This document shows, one piece after another, positions 18,662 to 28,809 of a stretch of 64,000 nucleotides of DNA. Numbering within the stretch: the first letter of the stretch is position 1; the number at the start of each line of letters is the position of its first letter. The notes beneath the pieces are model-generated. The model saw only the letters and a list, made by a program, of their open reading frames with translations. It had not been told where the DNA came from and did not search any database. The position numbers and the translations under genes are program-made. The stretch spans positions 178,597 through 242,596 of IMG/VR virus record IMGVR_UViG_3300033153_015063; one strand, 5' to 3'.

Positions 18662-19645
18662 TTACAATACCTCAACTGTGCCTTTCTCCAGGTCCATTCT
18701 CACGGAGCTGTTATGCTCCAACTTTTTGGTAGCCTCTCCTGTTCCGACTATCACCGCAAGATGAACTCCACGCTTCGCCCATTCGATGGTCTGAATTGAT
18801 GCATGGCATGTCCTGGACCCATAGTCGGTAATTATACCGGCGACCACATCAAAAAGCGGTGTGAGTGATGGAGAGAAGTGTTCACAGACCACGATATCCA
18901 CTTTCTCGATTTCTCTGGATAACATCATCTCAACCATCTCATTGATGGATGACTCTGGATACTCTGGATTCCCTTCCATCAGAACAAATACCTTTCCTTC
19001 GTAACCACTCTTCAAGGAATAAGGAGTGATGTCAGTGATTATACCGAGACCAGCGACCACATCATTATTTCTTTCCTTGGTCTCGACAACTTCCTGGTCC
19101 CAGTACTGCGTCCCTTCTCCGACAAACAATCGTTTTCCTGCTAAATCTATGCATTCCTGGGGGTTAAAGCCTCGCTCTAGGCAAAACCTTAGGAGGTGGA
19201 TAATGGTCTCTCCTATGGTGCTTTTTTCGTCGTTTTCTGAGCCGTATGGAGTGGCCCTGGGGTTGTAGGTTGGGTCGTGGCACACCCGCCGATGGATATC
19301 CCCGAGCTGCCCCTGGATGACCGATAGAGTGTAGAGTGGGTCCTTGCTGTGTTGAGTAGCCTCACACTCCCTGACGCCACTCTTCTCAACAGAGTAGCAA
19401 TGTTTTGTATAATATTCTTTGACAGTACCTGCGATGCTGATGTTGATAGGTGGTATCACCTTCATTTCGTCTATATCTTTCATTCGGTGGTAGATACCCT
19501 CGACAACTTCCAGTTGTTCCAGGGGGAGTTCAGGTAGACCGGGGGTTGTGGGTGTGAATGTAGGTGATTGCAATTTCTGGGCGTTGTGGTCCCTCATGGC
19601 TTGAAGAAATGAGAGAACATCTTTGAAGGCACGGAGTTCGTCCAT
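18662..19645 (-). CDS. fusion of a MazG-like helical domain and a PEP-utilising enzyme mobile (phospho-His swivel) domain
   Basis: C-terminal GIITDYGSRTCHASI...VIVGTGEAT...VRMDLEKGTV matches the PEP-utiliser mobile domain; QGQLGDI...TIGETII is MazG-like but weaker. Confidence 0.7.
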   Translation of the reverse strand: MDELRAFKDVLSFLQAMRDHNAQKLQSPTFTPTTPGLPELPLEQLEVVEGIYHRMKDIDEMKVIPPINISIAGTVKEYYTKHCYSVEKSGVRECEATQHSKDPLYTLSVIQGQLGDIHRRVCHDPTYNPRATPYGSENDEKSTIGETIIHLLRFCLERGFNPQECIDLAGKRLFVGEGTQYWDQEVVETKERNNDVVAGLGIITDITPYSLKSGYEGKVFVLMEGNPEYPESSINEMVEMMLSREIEKVDIVVCEHFSPSLTPLFDVVAGIITDYGSRTCHASIQTIEWAKRGVHLAVIVGTGEATKKLEHNSSVRMDLEKGTVEVL

Positions 19646-19704
19646 GGCCGATGTAGGGCCGGTCAGAGTTTAAAAAGATACTGAAGGTCTTGTCGAATTG
19701 TGAC

Positions 19705-21717
19705 CTATCCGACCCGGGCCATGATGGTCCGTTGGATGAGTTTCAGGAACTCGGTAGGCAGGTCTTCGGTATTCTCGATACTGATGCTTCTCTTGTAGTA
19801 CTGCTTGACAGGGCTACCGTCGATGCCGATCCCAATGATGTTATCATTGGCGTACGAGCTCAGAACAGAGTGAAGGATACTTGAAGCGTCCATACTCTCG
19901 CCTTTCCACGAAGAACCCTGTGATGGCATCCCATCAGAGGTAACCAACAGGAACTTTTCTTGTTCTGGTCTGTTGTTGAGGCGGGTCATGGCGTAGTGGA
20001 TGGAAGCACCATCGTTGTTCATACAGCCCCCCGGGTCATCGACCACCTTGAACTTTCTACGTTCGTATTCGGCGTCGAATGGTTTGGGGACCCAGGTCTG
20101 AACAGTGTCACCGGCTGCCCCGAACATCTGAACCTCGAACGGGATGCCGAGTTGGTTCAGGACCTCACAGAAGAGTAGTACCGCCTCGCAAGCTTTGTTT
20201 GTCTTGTTACTACCCCACGACCCCATCGACCCCGACCGGTCCACGATGACGCTGAAAACAACATCGAGTGCTTTTCCGCCCTTCCGCTGCTTGAAGATGC
20301 GGTTGTTGAAGGTCAACGCCTTGATGAGACGCTTTCCGTTCAGTTTACCCCGGGTCTGACCACCGACCATCTTTTTACGGGACCTCTTTGCCGCTTCGAT
20401 GATGTTCTGGAGTTTGCGGGATGTCAGATTAACAAGCGGAGCGACCTTTTTTAACAGGTGCCAGTATCGTTCTGGTCTGTCGATACATTCGTGACTGACC
20501 CATTTTGTTGTACCATCTGCTATGGAAAGATTCGTGCAATCTTTTTTGGTATCTTGATCCTGCTTCCTGTCCTTTTTCTCTCTATCCACCTCTTCGTTGA
20601 TTTCTGGGAGCTCATCAGAAATATCAGATTCCAACTTTTCCTTTTTCTTCTCCATCATCTCGGTCAAGATCTCTTCGTCAGACTTTTTTCCATCCCCATC
20701 CTGCTTTTCTTTCTCGTCTTTCTTATCACCATCTTTACCAGAACCACCATCTTTCTCATCGGCGTCTTTGCCGCTTTCCTTACTGGAGCTGCCCCCCTCA
20801 TCTTCCCCCTCTCCTTTCTTTTTGTTATGAGTACCACCTTTCCCCTCTTTCCCTTCCTTATCCCGGGCTTTTTCAATTGCGTTATCTCGGGCCTGTTCGA
20901 CGGTTGTGGTGATATCAACGTCCTCGCCTTCACTGTCCCCAGGCTGCATCTGGGTAACAAAATCGGGCATATCGGTCTTTTCAGCCCGGTCTTCGGCGGA
21001 TTTCATCTTCTTTTCGATGATAGCCGCTGCTTCAATGACCTTCCAGAGACACGCCTTCGTGTTTAGCGTCATAGCCGCCTCTTGCATGATGCCAAGTGTA
21101 TCAGCATACAGCTTTTTGGCTGCGTCATTGCTGAACGGGGGCGGTTCACGATGGATGATGACCTTGATAGCCAGGGCGGCAATGAGTTGTTTCATGTAGT
21201 CTCCGCCAAGGGTAGACTCATTGGCCCATTGCCGCCGGTAGATACGCTCATGGTCAAGATAGAAATCCTCGGCTATCCCTGGAAGGCTAGTTGCCATACA
21301 GTTGTTGATTCTGTCGTCTTCGGAGATGTTCAGCAGATCCTTGACGAGAGTGAGTGCCTTCACGTTCTCGTTGTTCTGCTTGTTCCATTTGTTGACTACC
21401 TCTTTCATGCCTTTTTCCTTTACTACAGTGAAATCCGAGAATTTCACGTGGCCCACTTCATGGTAGTTGTCGGCCTTCTGTGTTGCCAGGACGTCCAATG
21501 GATCTGAGTATTCAACCCATGATCGTTCACAGATAGCAATGGTGTTGCCATCAGTATGTGACGACCCACTATCCCAGTGGTATTTGATGGCCCTGCCGGC
21601 GAGAATGTTACCGGTCTTACGGAGTCTGGTCAACCGCACGGTCTTTCCCGATGCCGATGGCAACCTCTTTGAGAACCATGCAGCTGGGAACTTTTCTGCT
21701 TGGACATGTTCTGCCAT
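19705..21717 (-). CDS. CobT/NorD-like vWA-domain protein (MoxR partner)
   Basis: N-terminal HEVGH, charged linker, C-terminal MIDAS DRSGSM...TSDG. Confidence 0.85.
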   Translation of the reverse strand: MAEHVQAEKFPAAWFSKRLPSASGKTVRLTRLRKTGNILAGRAIKYHWDSGSSHTDGNTIAICERSWVEYSDPLDVLATQKADNYHEVGHVKFSDFTVVKEKGMKEVVNKWNKQNNENVKALTLVKDLLNISEDDRINNCMATSLPGIAEDFYLDHERIYRRQWANESTLGGDYMKQLIAALAIKVIIHREPPPFSNDAAKKLYADTLGIMQEAAMTLNTKACLWKVIEAAAIIEKKMKSAEDRAEKTDMPDFVTQMQPGDSEGEDVDITTTVEQARDNAIEKARDKEGKEGKGGTHNKKKGEGEDEGGSSSKESGKDADEKDGGSGKDGDKKDEKEKQDGDGKKSDEEILTEMMEKKKEKLESDISDELPEINEEVDREKKDRKQDQDTKKDCTNLSIADGTTKWVSHECIDRPERYWHLLKKVAPLVNLTSRKLQNIIEAAKRSRKKMVGGQTRGKLNGKRLIKALTFNNRIFKQRKGGKALDVVFSVIVDRSGSMGSWGSNKTNKACEAVLLFCEVLNQLGIPFEVQMFGAAGDTVQTWVPKPFDAEYERRKFKVVDDPGGCMNNDGASIHYAMTRLNNRPEQEKFLLVTSDGMPSQGSSWKGESMDASSILHSVLSSYANDNIIGIGIDGSPVKQYYKRSISIENTEDLPTEFLKLIQRTIMARVG

Positions 21718-21735
21718 GATACTTACCTGACCTCT

Positions 21736-21779
21736 GGTCTTTATATACTTTCAGCTTGTTTAACTGTAAAAAGCGTAAA
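21736..21779 (-). promoter_or_regulatory. conserved promoter cassette, copy B
   Basis: Plus-strand GGTCTTTATATACTTTCAGCTTGTTTAACTGTAAAAAGCGTAAA; near-identical to copy F in the opposite orientation. Confidence 0.8.
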
Positions 21780-21899
21780 TTAGAGATGTTGTGTCAATCC
21801 TCTACCCTGGAGACCGGATACCATCAGCAAAACAGATGGCTGGGTCGAGCTTTGTAGCGGATAATAAAGACAAGAAGATAGGGTTGGGGTTTGGCGATC

Positions 21900-23669
21900 T
21901 TACGAGGCGGAGATTGTGATTTCTTCCCACTCATAGGGTCCATAGTCACCATTATTACATGCCTGACCGTTGTCCATGTTGTAGGCAGGCCAGAAGTGGA
22001 AATTTCCATCATCACCATTCCCAACTCCGAAATCCCACTGGTCCACCGGGTCATTCTGGCCAAACTGTCCAACCCATTTACCAGCGTGTCCTTCCCATTC
22101 CAATCCTGCATTGATGTCGTCGTTGTAGTTGTCATCATGTAGGAGCGAAATTGTAAACGTTCCTTGTGGTACAAGGATTAGAACACCACACCCCGGATGA
22201 CAGTCTCCCATACGGTCATAACCGAGCGTGTAGTCGATGTTATCGGTGTCGCCATCACGAATACCAACAAATATTTCTCGAAACTCAATGTTGTTGGTAG
22301 CATGAGTATTTTTGTACTGGAAATAAAGATGCCATATGTAGTCATCGTTATTTACTGTCGGGTCTTTGTGAACGTCCATATACCATGCGTTCAGTCGGAC
22401 GTTATAGTTTCCATCAGACGTTCCTGACATCAGATGGCGACGATATGGCACTTTGCTACCATATTCATAATCAATATCATCATTGATATTATTGGTGTTA
22501 GCAGACGAATACTTCCACCACTTATCACTATCTGAATCTGGGAGTTGGCTACGCATAAAACTGTATTTAGTGTTCCATTCCATACACCAGATTAAGAACC
22601 ATCTAACACAGTAGGTGTTGGAAGTAGCATCATCGTGGCTTCCTTCATAGGCATGGCCGAACTCGTGAAGAGCCACGAAATTTATATCATTGTTCGACCC
22701 AGAGTGCTTGACCCATATATACCTTATTCCACCATGACACCCCAAGTGGTTGTCAAACGTATATTTAGTTGTCGATGAGGTGAAATAAATGAGGAGGTCA
22801 AAATATTCGTAGCTAGGAACTTGGTATTCAATAAATAGGTTATCCATCAAAGTACCTGGGTCTCCACTACAATCAGCATCCCCGTTCAGGTCGTCATTGT
22901 CCTCTACATCTCTGGTTTCCTCGATGATGAGAAACATCTTGTCCAGGCCATGGTCTCCATCATCGAGCTCGGAGTTCATCACATTGATATGATGGACAAC
23001 GCTACCCACCGTAGAATCGTCATAAAGCAGTACAACCCGATGAAGCTTGAAAGGCGTCTGGATGGACTCAGCAGACTTGCCACCGGTCTCATTTTTCTCA
23101 CTGGTGGGTGTGATGGTCTCAACCACCTCGTTCTGAACTTTTTTCTCTTTGGCAATCTCCATTGACGATAGTTTCTCAGGGGCGTTGGAATAGCTCAAGT
23201 AGGTGTTGGGGTAATCCTTCTCCAGTTGCTCACTCTTGCCCCAGTACTGGGCCGGTAAGATGTAGTAATCATATTCCTTGTAGTTGAACGATACCTCGAT
23301 GCATACCTCACCCATTGCATAGGTGATGACAGCAGAACTTCCGTCGTAACCATCGACTACTCCATGCCATGCCAACACAGGATAGCCTGCAAGGTCGCTG
23401 TCGGCAATGTATTGCCTCGTCAAGATGATGTCTGCGGGCTTTCCATCAAGATTCACTTCCAGTTTCCCGGTTCGGTCCATCCGGTCTGCGAGCTTCACCG
23501 GGTCCAGTTCCTTCAGCTCGAAGGACTCGATCTCAGCCTCTTCAGGCAGATACGATGCTACCTCGGTCATGTCAGATGACAAGTCATCTGACGCTGTCAC
23601 ATCTCCTATTACCAAGGTTTGGCATAGGAACAAAACCACTACAAATCCAACTACCATTTTCGAACTCAT
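21900..23669 (-). CDS. secreted zinc metalloprotease (metzincin/reprolysin-like)
   Basis: N-terminal hydrophobic signal (VVGFVVVLFLCQTLV), propeptide-like region, HEFGHAYEGSH zinc motif, downstream SFM Met-turn. Confidence 0.75.
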   Translation of the reverse strand: MSSKMVVGFVVVLFLCQTLVIGDVTASDDLSSDMTEVASYLPEEAEIESFELKELDPVKLADRMDRTGKLEVNLDGKPADIILTRQYIADSDLAGYPVLAWHGVVDGYDGSSAVITYAMGEVCIEVSFNYKEYDYYILPAQYWGKSEQLEKDYPNTYLSYSNAPEKLSSMEIAKEKKVQNEVVETITPTSEKNETGGKSAESIQTPFKLHRVVLLYDDSTVGSVVHHINVMNSELDDGDHGLDKMFLIIEETRDVEDNDDLNGDADCSGDPGTLMDNLFIEYQVPSYEYFDLLIYFTSSTTKYTFDNHLGCHGGIRYIWVKHSGSNNDINFVALHEFGHAYEGSHDDATSNTYCVRWFLIWCMEWNTKYSFMRSQLPDSDSDKWWKYSSANTNNINDDIDYEYGSKVPYRRHLMSGTSDGNYNVRLNAWYMDVHKDPTVNNDDYIWHLYFQYKNTHATNNIEFREIFVGIRDGDTDNIDYTLGYDRMGDCHPGCGVLILVPQGTFTISLLHDDNYNDDINAGLEWEGHAGKWVGQFGQNDPVDQWDFGVGNGDDGNFHFWPAYNMDNGQACNNGDYGPYEWEEITISAS

Positions 23670-23813
23670 GGTATCACCAAAGATCCTATAAAACGGTAGA
23701 GTTTATATCTTTATCCCCATAAGTCCGGGGGGTTTATAAGTTTTTTATATATAAGGATGGGCCCCCAACTCCGACAGTGGAAAGGAGACGCATCAGGAGT
23801 TTACCTAACCCCT

Positions 23814-23872
23814 GGTCTTTATATACTTTCATGCTGAGTTGCTGAGTACTGAGTAACCGTAAAAAGTGTAAC
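23814..23872 (-). promoter_or_regulatory. conserved promoter cassette, copy C (spacer expanded by CTGAGT repeats)
   Basis: Same TATA and upstream boxes, separated by three CTGAGT units; only a 19-codon ORF follows. Confidence 0.65.
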
Positions 23873-23874
23873 TA

Positions 23875-24261
23875 TCAGAGTGAACGTGCATCCCAGTCCT
23901 CTTCCAGGTCCTTCTCAAATTGATACCAGTCCCCTGGTTTGAAATTGACGATACTGTCGAACTTTTTCACTTTATGTTTTTTGTACCACCGAAGTAAGGT
24001 GCCCATCTGTTGGTTGGTTGGCTTTATCCTGTCACTTTCCCAGGTGACGAAACTGAAGATACTCATTGCCGTGACCTTAATCCATCCATCTTGTTCCAGG
24101 TGGTCTTCAGCGGAGTGTCTTGAGAAGTTGTCAGATTTTTTAAAACCAACCAGCCAGACAGCGATTTCACTATGGTCACCACATTCACAGGAGTACCAGA
24201 GACCGTCTGGAGACAACCATCCTTCTTCTTTCTCAATGTCATCTGGTTCGACTTTACTCAT
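23875..24261 (-). CDS. conserved phage hypothetical protein
   Basis: GWLSPDG...HSEIA...LEQDGWIKV pattern. Confidence 0.55.
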   Translation of the reverse strand: MSKVEPDDIEKEEGWLSPDGLWYSCECGDHSEIAVWLVGFKKSDNFSRHSAEDHLEQDGWIKVTAMSIFSFVTWESDRIKPTNQQMGTLLRWYKKHKVKKFDSIVNFKPGDWYQFEKDLEEDWDARSL

Positions 24262-24263
24262 CT

Positions 24264-25019
24264 CTACACCTTTACAAACTCCTGACCGTTCCAGGCCAGC
24301 CCATGGTTCATCAGGAGACGGGGCTCGTGGACCTCATCACTTCTACCACAGTAAATTAAAATGACTCCTTCTTGTTTGTCGGGTGGTTTTGTTCTCAACT
24401 TGTTGTCATAGATAACTTTCTTTGTATTACGATGTGTTATACACTCCATAGTATAACAATCCTGTCTCTTTATCATATTTAGTGCTTCAATCGACTTCGG
24501 AGTGAGTTTTTTTGGTTTTTTAACTCGTAACAGGCCCCTGAACATCATGCAGCCTGGGCGATGCCCACAATAATCCTTTCCTACAGATGAACCATAGCTC
24601 CATCTCACCTGAACACTTTCTCCTAACTTTTTTCCTACCTCTTCCCATGAGAAAGACGCATACCTTTTAACCTGCTTCAGCCATCTATCTATAGTTATTT
24701 CCCAAGTATAGTGATACTTCACTTTGTCCCGGTTATGGGTTTCCACTTCACTCTTGTAGTATTTCAGTGCATCTACCTCGGTCCCATCTACACCGCCTGT
24801 CAGGAAATAGAATCGAGTCATCTCGTCCCATGAATCCCAGAGTTCCTGAGGCGTCTCTGCGGTACCATAGGTTGATACGAAGCGTTGATAATCCTTATCG
24901 GTGAAGTGGAACCACGTATCTAGTTCCATCTCGTAACGATAGTGCTTCTTACAAAATGGGCACCAGATAGAATTTCTATATTTCTTTGCTTCTTTACCAC
25001 AATCAGGGCAATGAGACAT
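24264..25019 (-). CDS. hypothetical protein with N-terminal zinc ribbon
   Basis: Start moved to ATG 25019 (MSHCPDCGK) to avoid a 200-bp overlap with the MoxR gene. Confidence 0.6.
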   Translation of the reverse strand: MSHCPDCGKEAKKYRNSIWCPFCKKHYRYEMELDTWFHFTDKDYQRFVSTYGTAETPQELWDSWDEMTRFYFLTGGVDGTEVDALKYYKSEVETHNRDKVKYHYTWEITIDRWLKQVKRYASFSWEEVGKKLGESVQVRWSYGSSVGKDYCGHRPGCMMFRGLLRVKKPKKLTPKSIEALNMIKRQDCYTMECITHRNTKKVIYDNKLRTKPPDKQEGVILIYCGRSDEVHEPRLLMNHGLAWNGQEFVKV

Positions 25020-25089
25020 AGGTCCCTTGTGGGGCCGAACCCACAGCCATCCAAGGAGGCTCCACTCCATAGCGGAAGGGAGAGAAAAA

Positions 25090-26499
25090 TCAGAAATTGG
25101 TGTTAAAAACGTCCAGGATCGCTTTCTTATCATCTTCACGGAATAAATGATGGGTTGTAAAACTGTAGGCGGTGTGAACATCAAAATCGAGGCAGGCCTC
25201 GGCCCACATGATAAGGTGTCGGGTTGTGATGGTTGACCGAATGTCACTATCCCAGTTTTTGTATGCCGTGCGGATATCCTTGGCAAATCTCATCATGGCT
25301 GGATAGACAACATTGTGTTCGTCCTGGAAACCAGAGTAGTGCTTGACACACTCGATTTCATCGTCCTTTTCCAGATAGTCCATCTCCATGATGACACCGA
25401 AGCGGTCTTTGTCAGCAAAGTTGAGCTCGTGTGTTCCGCTATGTTCTCCGGTGTGGGATGGGTTCATTGTTGCGAAGAACCTGAAGTTCTGGTGAGCTCT
25501 GATTACATCATGTCCTTGTTGGGCCAGGGTGATGGAACGGGCTCCATCAAGGAGAGAACGAAGGATGAACAGGACTGTGTCCTCAGCTGCATTGATTTCG
25601 TCGAACGTAATCCAGTGCCCGAGCTTCATAGCGACGACGAGGGCACCATCGACCCATTTTGTCACAGGATTTCCACTCTCACCTTCGTCCAGGATGAATT
25701 GCCCCAGGATTTCATCTGGGGAAGTATGGCCGGACAGGTTGATACGCCAGTAGGGGATCTTTTCCATCCCAGCCAGATGCTCTATGGCCACAGATTTTCC
25801 ACAACCGGGGGGACCGACGAGAAGGGTGTTTTTGTTCTTCTTGACACCCCATCTGACGGCCCCGAGGATAGTTACGTCGATGTCAGGTAGACCATCGACC
25901 TTCAGATCCTGGTCGTAGTACTTGTCGATGGTCGGAACCATTTCAGAGAAATCTCTGAACACAACCTCCTCACCCTTCTTTTGTTCCTTCTGTGGTTTGT
26001 GAGTGGTTGTACTCTGTTGTCCGTCCTGTATCTGGAGGAGCTGCCCGAACAGGTCGGGGTCCGTGTCTTTCATCTGCACGATGAACTTTACCTTCTCCTC
26101 GAAGGGGAGTGAGCTGTAGGTGTCGAAGATGTACTTTGCCTGGGTCACTGTTGCGGACTTTCCAGGGACCCCTACGACCCCGGTACCTGCGGTATCGGCC
26201 AGTATCTCAACGGGATGCCATCCCATCGCCTTTACCAACCCCTTCGTCATGGTCCGGCTGTCTCGGAGGTCCCGGATGTTGTAGGTTCCTCCGTTTACGA
26301 GGGGGACCTCGCTTTTTACAGCAATACGAAGGCTACCTCGATAACCATTGAACCACACTATGGTATGGTTCCCGCCACGCTCCATGACCACGTCGGTCCC
26401 TTCTGGGGGGAGTTCGATTCCATCAAACTCGGAGGTCCAGTCGACCTCCTTGGATGCTCTGTCCGAACCAAGTGTTTGTGAGTTATTTTCACTCATCAT
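25090..26499 (-). CDS. MoxR/CobS/CbbQ-type AAA+ ATPase
   Basis: GPPGCGKS, ITFDEIN, FFATMNP and DRF motifs. Confidence 0.9.
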   Translation of the reverse strand: MMSENNSQTLGSDRASKEVDWTSEFDGIELPPEGTDVVMERGGNHTIVWFNGYRGSLRIAVKSEVPLVNGGTYNIRDLRDSRTMTKGLVKAMGWHPVEILADTAGTGVVGVPGKSATVTQAKYIFDTYSSLPFEEKVKFIVQMKDTDPDLFGQLLQIQDGQQSTTTHKPQKEQKKGEEVVFRDFSEMVPTIDKYYDQDLKVDGLPDIDVTILGAVRWGVKKNKNTLLVGPPGCGKSVAIEHLAGMEKIPYWRINLSGHTSPDEILGQFILDEGESGNPVTKWVDGALVVAMKLGHWITFDEINAAEDTVLFILRSLLDGARSITLAQQGHDVIRAHQNFRFFATMNPSHTGEHSGTHELNFADKDRFGVIMEMDYLEKDDEIECVKHYSGFQDEHNVVYPAMMRFAKDIRTAYKNWDSDIRSTITTRHLIMWAEACLDFDVHTAYSFTTHHLFREDDKKAILDVFNTNF

Positions 26500-26529
26500 A
26501 CATCACTACCACTTACTCCCAGATTCAGC

Positions 26530-26570
26530 CTTTATATAGTTTCACATTGATTAACCGTAAAAAGCGTAAA
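26530..26570 (-). promoter_or_regulatory. conserved promoter cassette, copy D
   Basis: Plus-strand CTTTATATAGTTTCA...AACCGTAAAAAGCGTAAA upstream of the MoxR gene. Confidence 0.8.
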
Positions 26571-26616
26571 AAAATAGAAACTGTTAACGGTTTTTGTCAA
26601 CGGAATTTTGCATAAC

Positions 26617-27444
26617 TCAGAAACCGAGAACAAAAGGGTCCCTCCCATCTACATTCAGACCCAAGTTTTCCATGACGTCGATGGCGTCAGTATCTATGTC
26701 GATGCCGATATAGTGCCTGTCGTTGTCTCTGGCCATTCGTAGTGATGTTCCTGATCCTGCGAAGGGGTCGAGAACCAGGTCTCCGGGGTTCGAAAAAGCA
26801 AGGATGATGTCTCTGGCCAGATCATCGGGCATCGTCGCCGAGTGTTGCAATTTAACTTTGTTACCCTCGGTGTTACTGGTGTTGTAGAACCAGACTGTGC
26901 CTCTACACTTCATGTCACCCTGGACCTTTTTCTCGATAGGGACCCGTTTACCTGATGTCAGGGTCTGGGTCCCATGCCAGGTTTCGCCAGCGTGTTTGGC
27001 CGGGACCATCAATAATTCCTTGTGGTAGACTCTTGGCTTGATGGTTCCCTTCCCGGTCTGTTTGACGAAGGCGAGGATATACTCGTGGTCGACCCGGAAA
27101 CGGTCCTGCCACCATGCCCCAGGCCTACCGTGACGGTGATATATGATGTCTGCCCATAGGGACCACCCCAGACTCTCCCAGTCATCCACCAGATATCTGG
27201 TGGTCCCCGTTACCCGACCTTCCTGATGGGAATCCCGCATGACTACCCAGGCCATACCTCGCTCTACTGTGAGGGCATAGAGATTCCTTCCTATATACCT
27301 CAAATATTCCCTTCCCACCTCCCTCTTCCTGATACCGTCGTAGGGTGGACTGGTCACTGTAAGATGGATACTTTCCTTTCCCAATTCGAGAATCTCGGAG
27401 AGCTTGATGCCACTGTCCTTGTGATAGATGATATCCTTTTTCAT
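26617..27444 (-). CDS. DNA methyltransferase (N4-C/N6-A, beta class)
   Basis: TSPPY, HSATMP and VLDPFAGSGT. Confidence 0.9.
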   Translation of the reverse strand: MKKDIIYHKDSGIKLSEILELGKESIHLTVTSPPYDGIRKREVGREYLRYIGRNLYALTVERGMAWVVMRDSHQEGRVTGTTRYLVDDWESLGWSLWADIIYHRHGRPGAWWQDRFRVDHEYILAFVKQTGKGTIKPRVYHKELLMVPAKHAGETWHGTQTLTSGKRVPIEKKVQGDMKCRGTVWFYNTSNTEGNKVKLQHSATMPDDLARDIILAFSNPGDLVLDPFAGSGTSLRMARDNDRHYIGIDIDTDAIDVMENLGLNVDGRDPFVLGF

Positions 27445-27456
27445 ATTTTTTACCTT

Positions 27457-27753
27457 CTATATTTTTCGATGCATCATTTTCTGGTTCTCATCGAACCACT
27501 CTTTGTTCTCGTCTATCCACCGTTCTTTCTCTTTTTTGCCCCTACAATAGATATATTTCTCTGGTGGAAAAGCATGTTGCCCAGGTTGATTTACTATCCT
27601 CATCTCCAGTTTCAATTGGCCAGTGCTGACTATGACAACCTCGATGTTCTTTCCTCTATGGAAAAACCCCAGAATTTCTCCCTTACTGGGTTTCTTCTCC
27701 AGATAAAGGTGACCTCCAGGTTCATTGTCTATAGTCAATTCATATGAAGGCAT
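27457..27753 (-). CDS. hypothetical protein
   Basis: Operon context. Confidence 0.5.
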   Translation of the reverse strand: MPSYELTIDNEPGGHLYLEKKPSKGEILGFFHRGKNIEVVIVSTGQLKLEMRIVNQPGQHAFPPEKYIYCRGKKEKERWIDENKEWFDENQKMMHRKI

Positions 27754-27785
27754 ACCATCACTCTATGGGTGGGATTTCGATATTA

Positions 27786-28334
27786 CTACTCACCTACTTT
27801 ACCGAGAAAAAGAGAGAAATCCTGGACCTCACGAATGGCCAACGGAACGACCTTGTCTTTGTTCACACCACAATCGAGTAGGATAATTGGCCGCTGCCCC
27901 TTCTTTTGATGTCCATATTTCTCACATACCTTTATCAATACCCTTGAAGGGAGATGGGGTTTGGCTTTGTAGGAGTCATTGAACCATGAGATAGTGAATT
28001 TGACGCCGAACTCCTCGACTACGATTCGTTCATCTTTATGGAACCTATCGGTGTAGTCTTTCATCCGTTCACTCAGAGTAAGTTCTTCGGAGAAGGTAAC
28101 TATGTCTCCATCGAACTCGTCCTCGTCCTCTTCCTCGACATCCCACTCGTCTATCTCTGTCAAGTTCTTGAGTTGATGGGCGATCTCTATGCCGAGCTTT
28201 CGATTCACAGACGTATCTTCGATGGGTTTTCCATCATCTGTGCATGGCCCGAGTACCTTCCATCTTCCTCCATTCCTGTGAAATTTGAAGCACGATGAAG
28301 CCCTGTTGTTAGAAAGACGAATAATTTTGTCCAT
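27786..28334 (-). CDS. hypothetical protein
   Basis: Start moved to ATG 28334 (MDKIIRL) to avoid overlap with the membrane-protein gene. Confidence 0.5.
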   Translation of the reverse strand: MDKIIRLSNNRASSCFKFHRNGGRWKVLGPCTDDGKPIEDTSVNRKLGIEIAHQLKNLTEIDEWDVEEEDEDEFDGDIVTFSEELTLSERMKDYTDRFHKDERIVVEEFGVKFTISWFNDSYKAKPHLPSRVLIKVCEKYGHQKKGQRPIILLDCGVNKDKVVPLAIREVQDFSLFLGKVGE

Positions 28335-28398
28335 GAAAGTGGGATGGCCTGGAGAGTTTTTAAAGATTGAGAGAGAAGAAAGGGTTGGTGGATCTACA

Positions 28399-28809
28399 TC
28401 AGTAGTATTTTTCCCACAGAGCCTCTCCAACCCACAAAACAAGCGGGGCGGAGAAGGAAGCCCACAGAACCACTCTGCGGAAGTAAAAATCGTCTTCGAT
28501 GGTGATTGACCTCTCCAATACAAAGTCGCTCATCCCATACCCGTTGTACATGAAGGAGAGTGCTACCACAAAGAAGACTGTCATCAGGATGAAGTTGGCG
28601 ATGGGTTGACTGTTATCTTCAAAGGTCTCGAAGAGATAGAAGTACACGACGCCCATGATGAGTCCCATTACAAGACTGTAAAGGGCATACTCCTCGAATG
28701 CTTTCGGTGTGTAACCTGCGAGAGTATACGGTGCTATGATGAACCAGAAAAGAGTGAGGGCGAGAGCTACTATTGCCGTTTTCACAGCCTGTCGCGGTAC
28801 TTCAGTCAT
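28399..28809 (-). CDS. four-pass membrane protein
   Basis: Four hydrophobic segments; ATG at 28809 lies 24 nt after TTTAAATA. Confidence 0.7.
   Translation of the reverse strand: MTEVPRQAVKTAIVALALTLFWFIIAPYTLAGYTPKAFEEYALYSLVMGLIMGVVYFYLFETFEDNSQPIANFILMTVFFVVALSFMYNGYGMSDFVLERSITIEDDFYFRRVVLWASFSAPLVLWVGEALWEKYY

Noticed and set aside
24264-28523. Long 5' extensions of ORFs 24264..25286 and 27786..28523 as dual-coding overlaps
   Set aside because: Downstream ATGs give non-overlapping genes; the extensions lack recognisable features.
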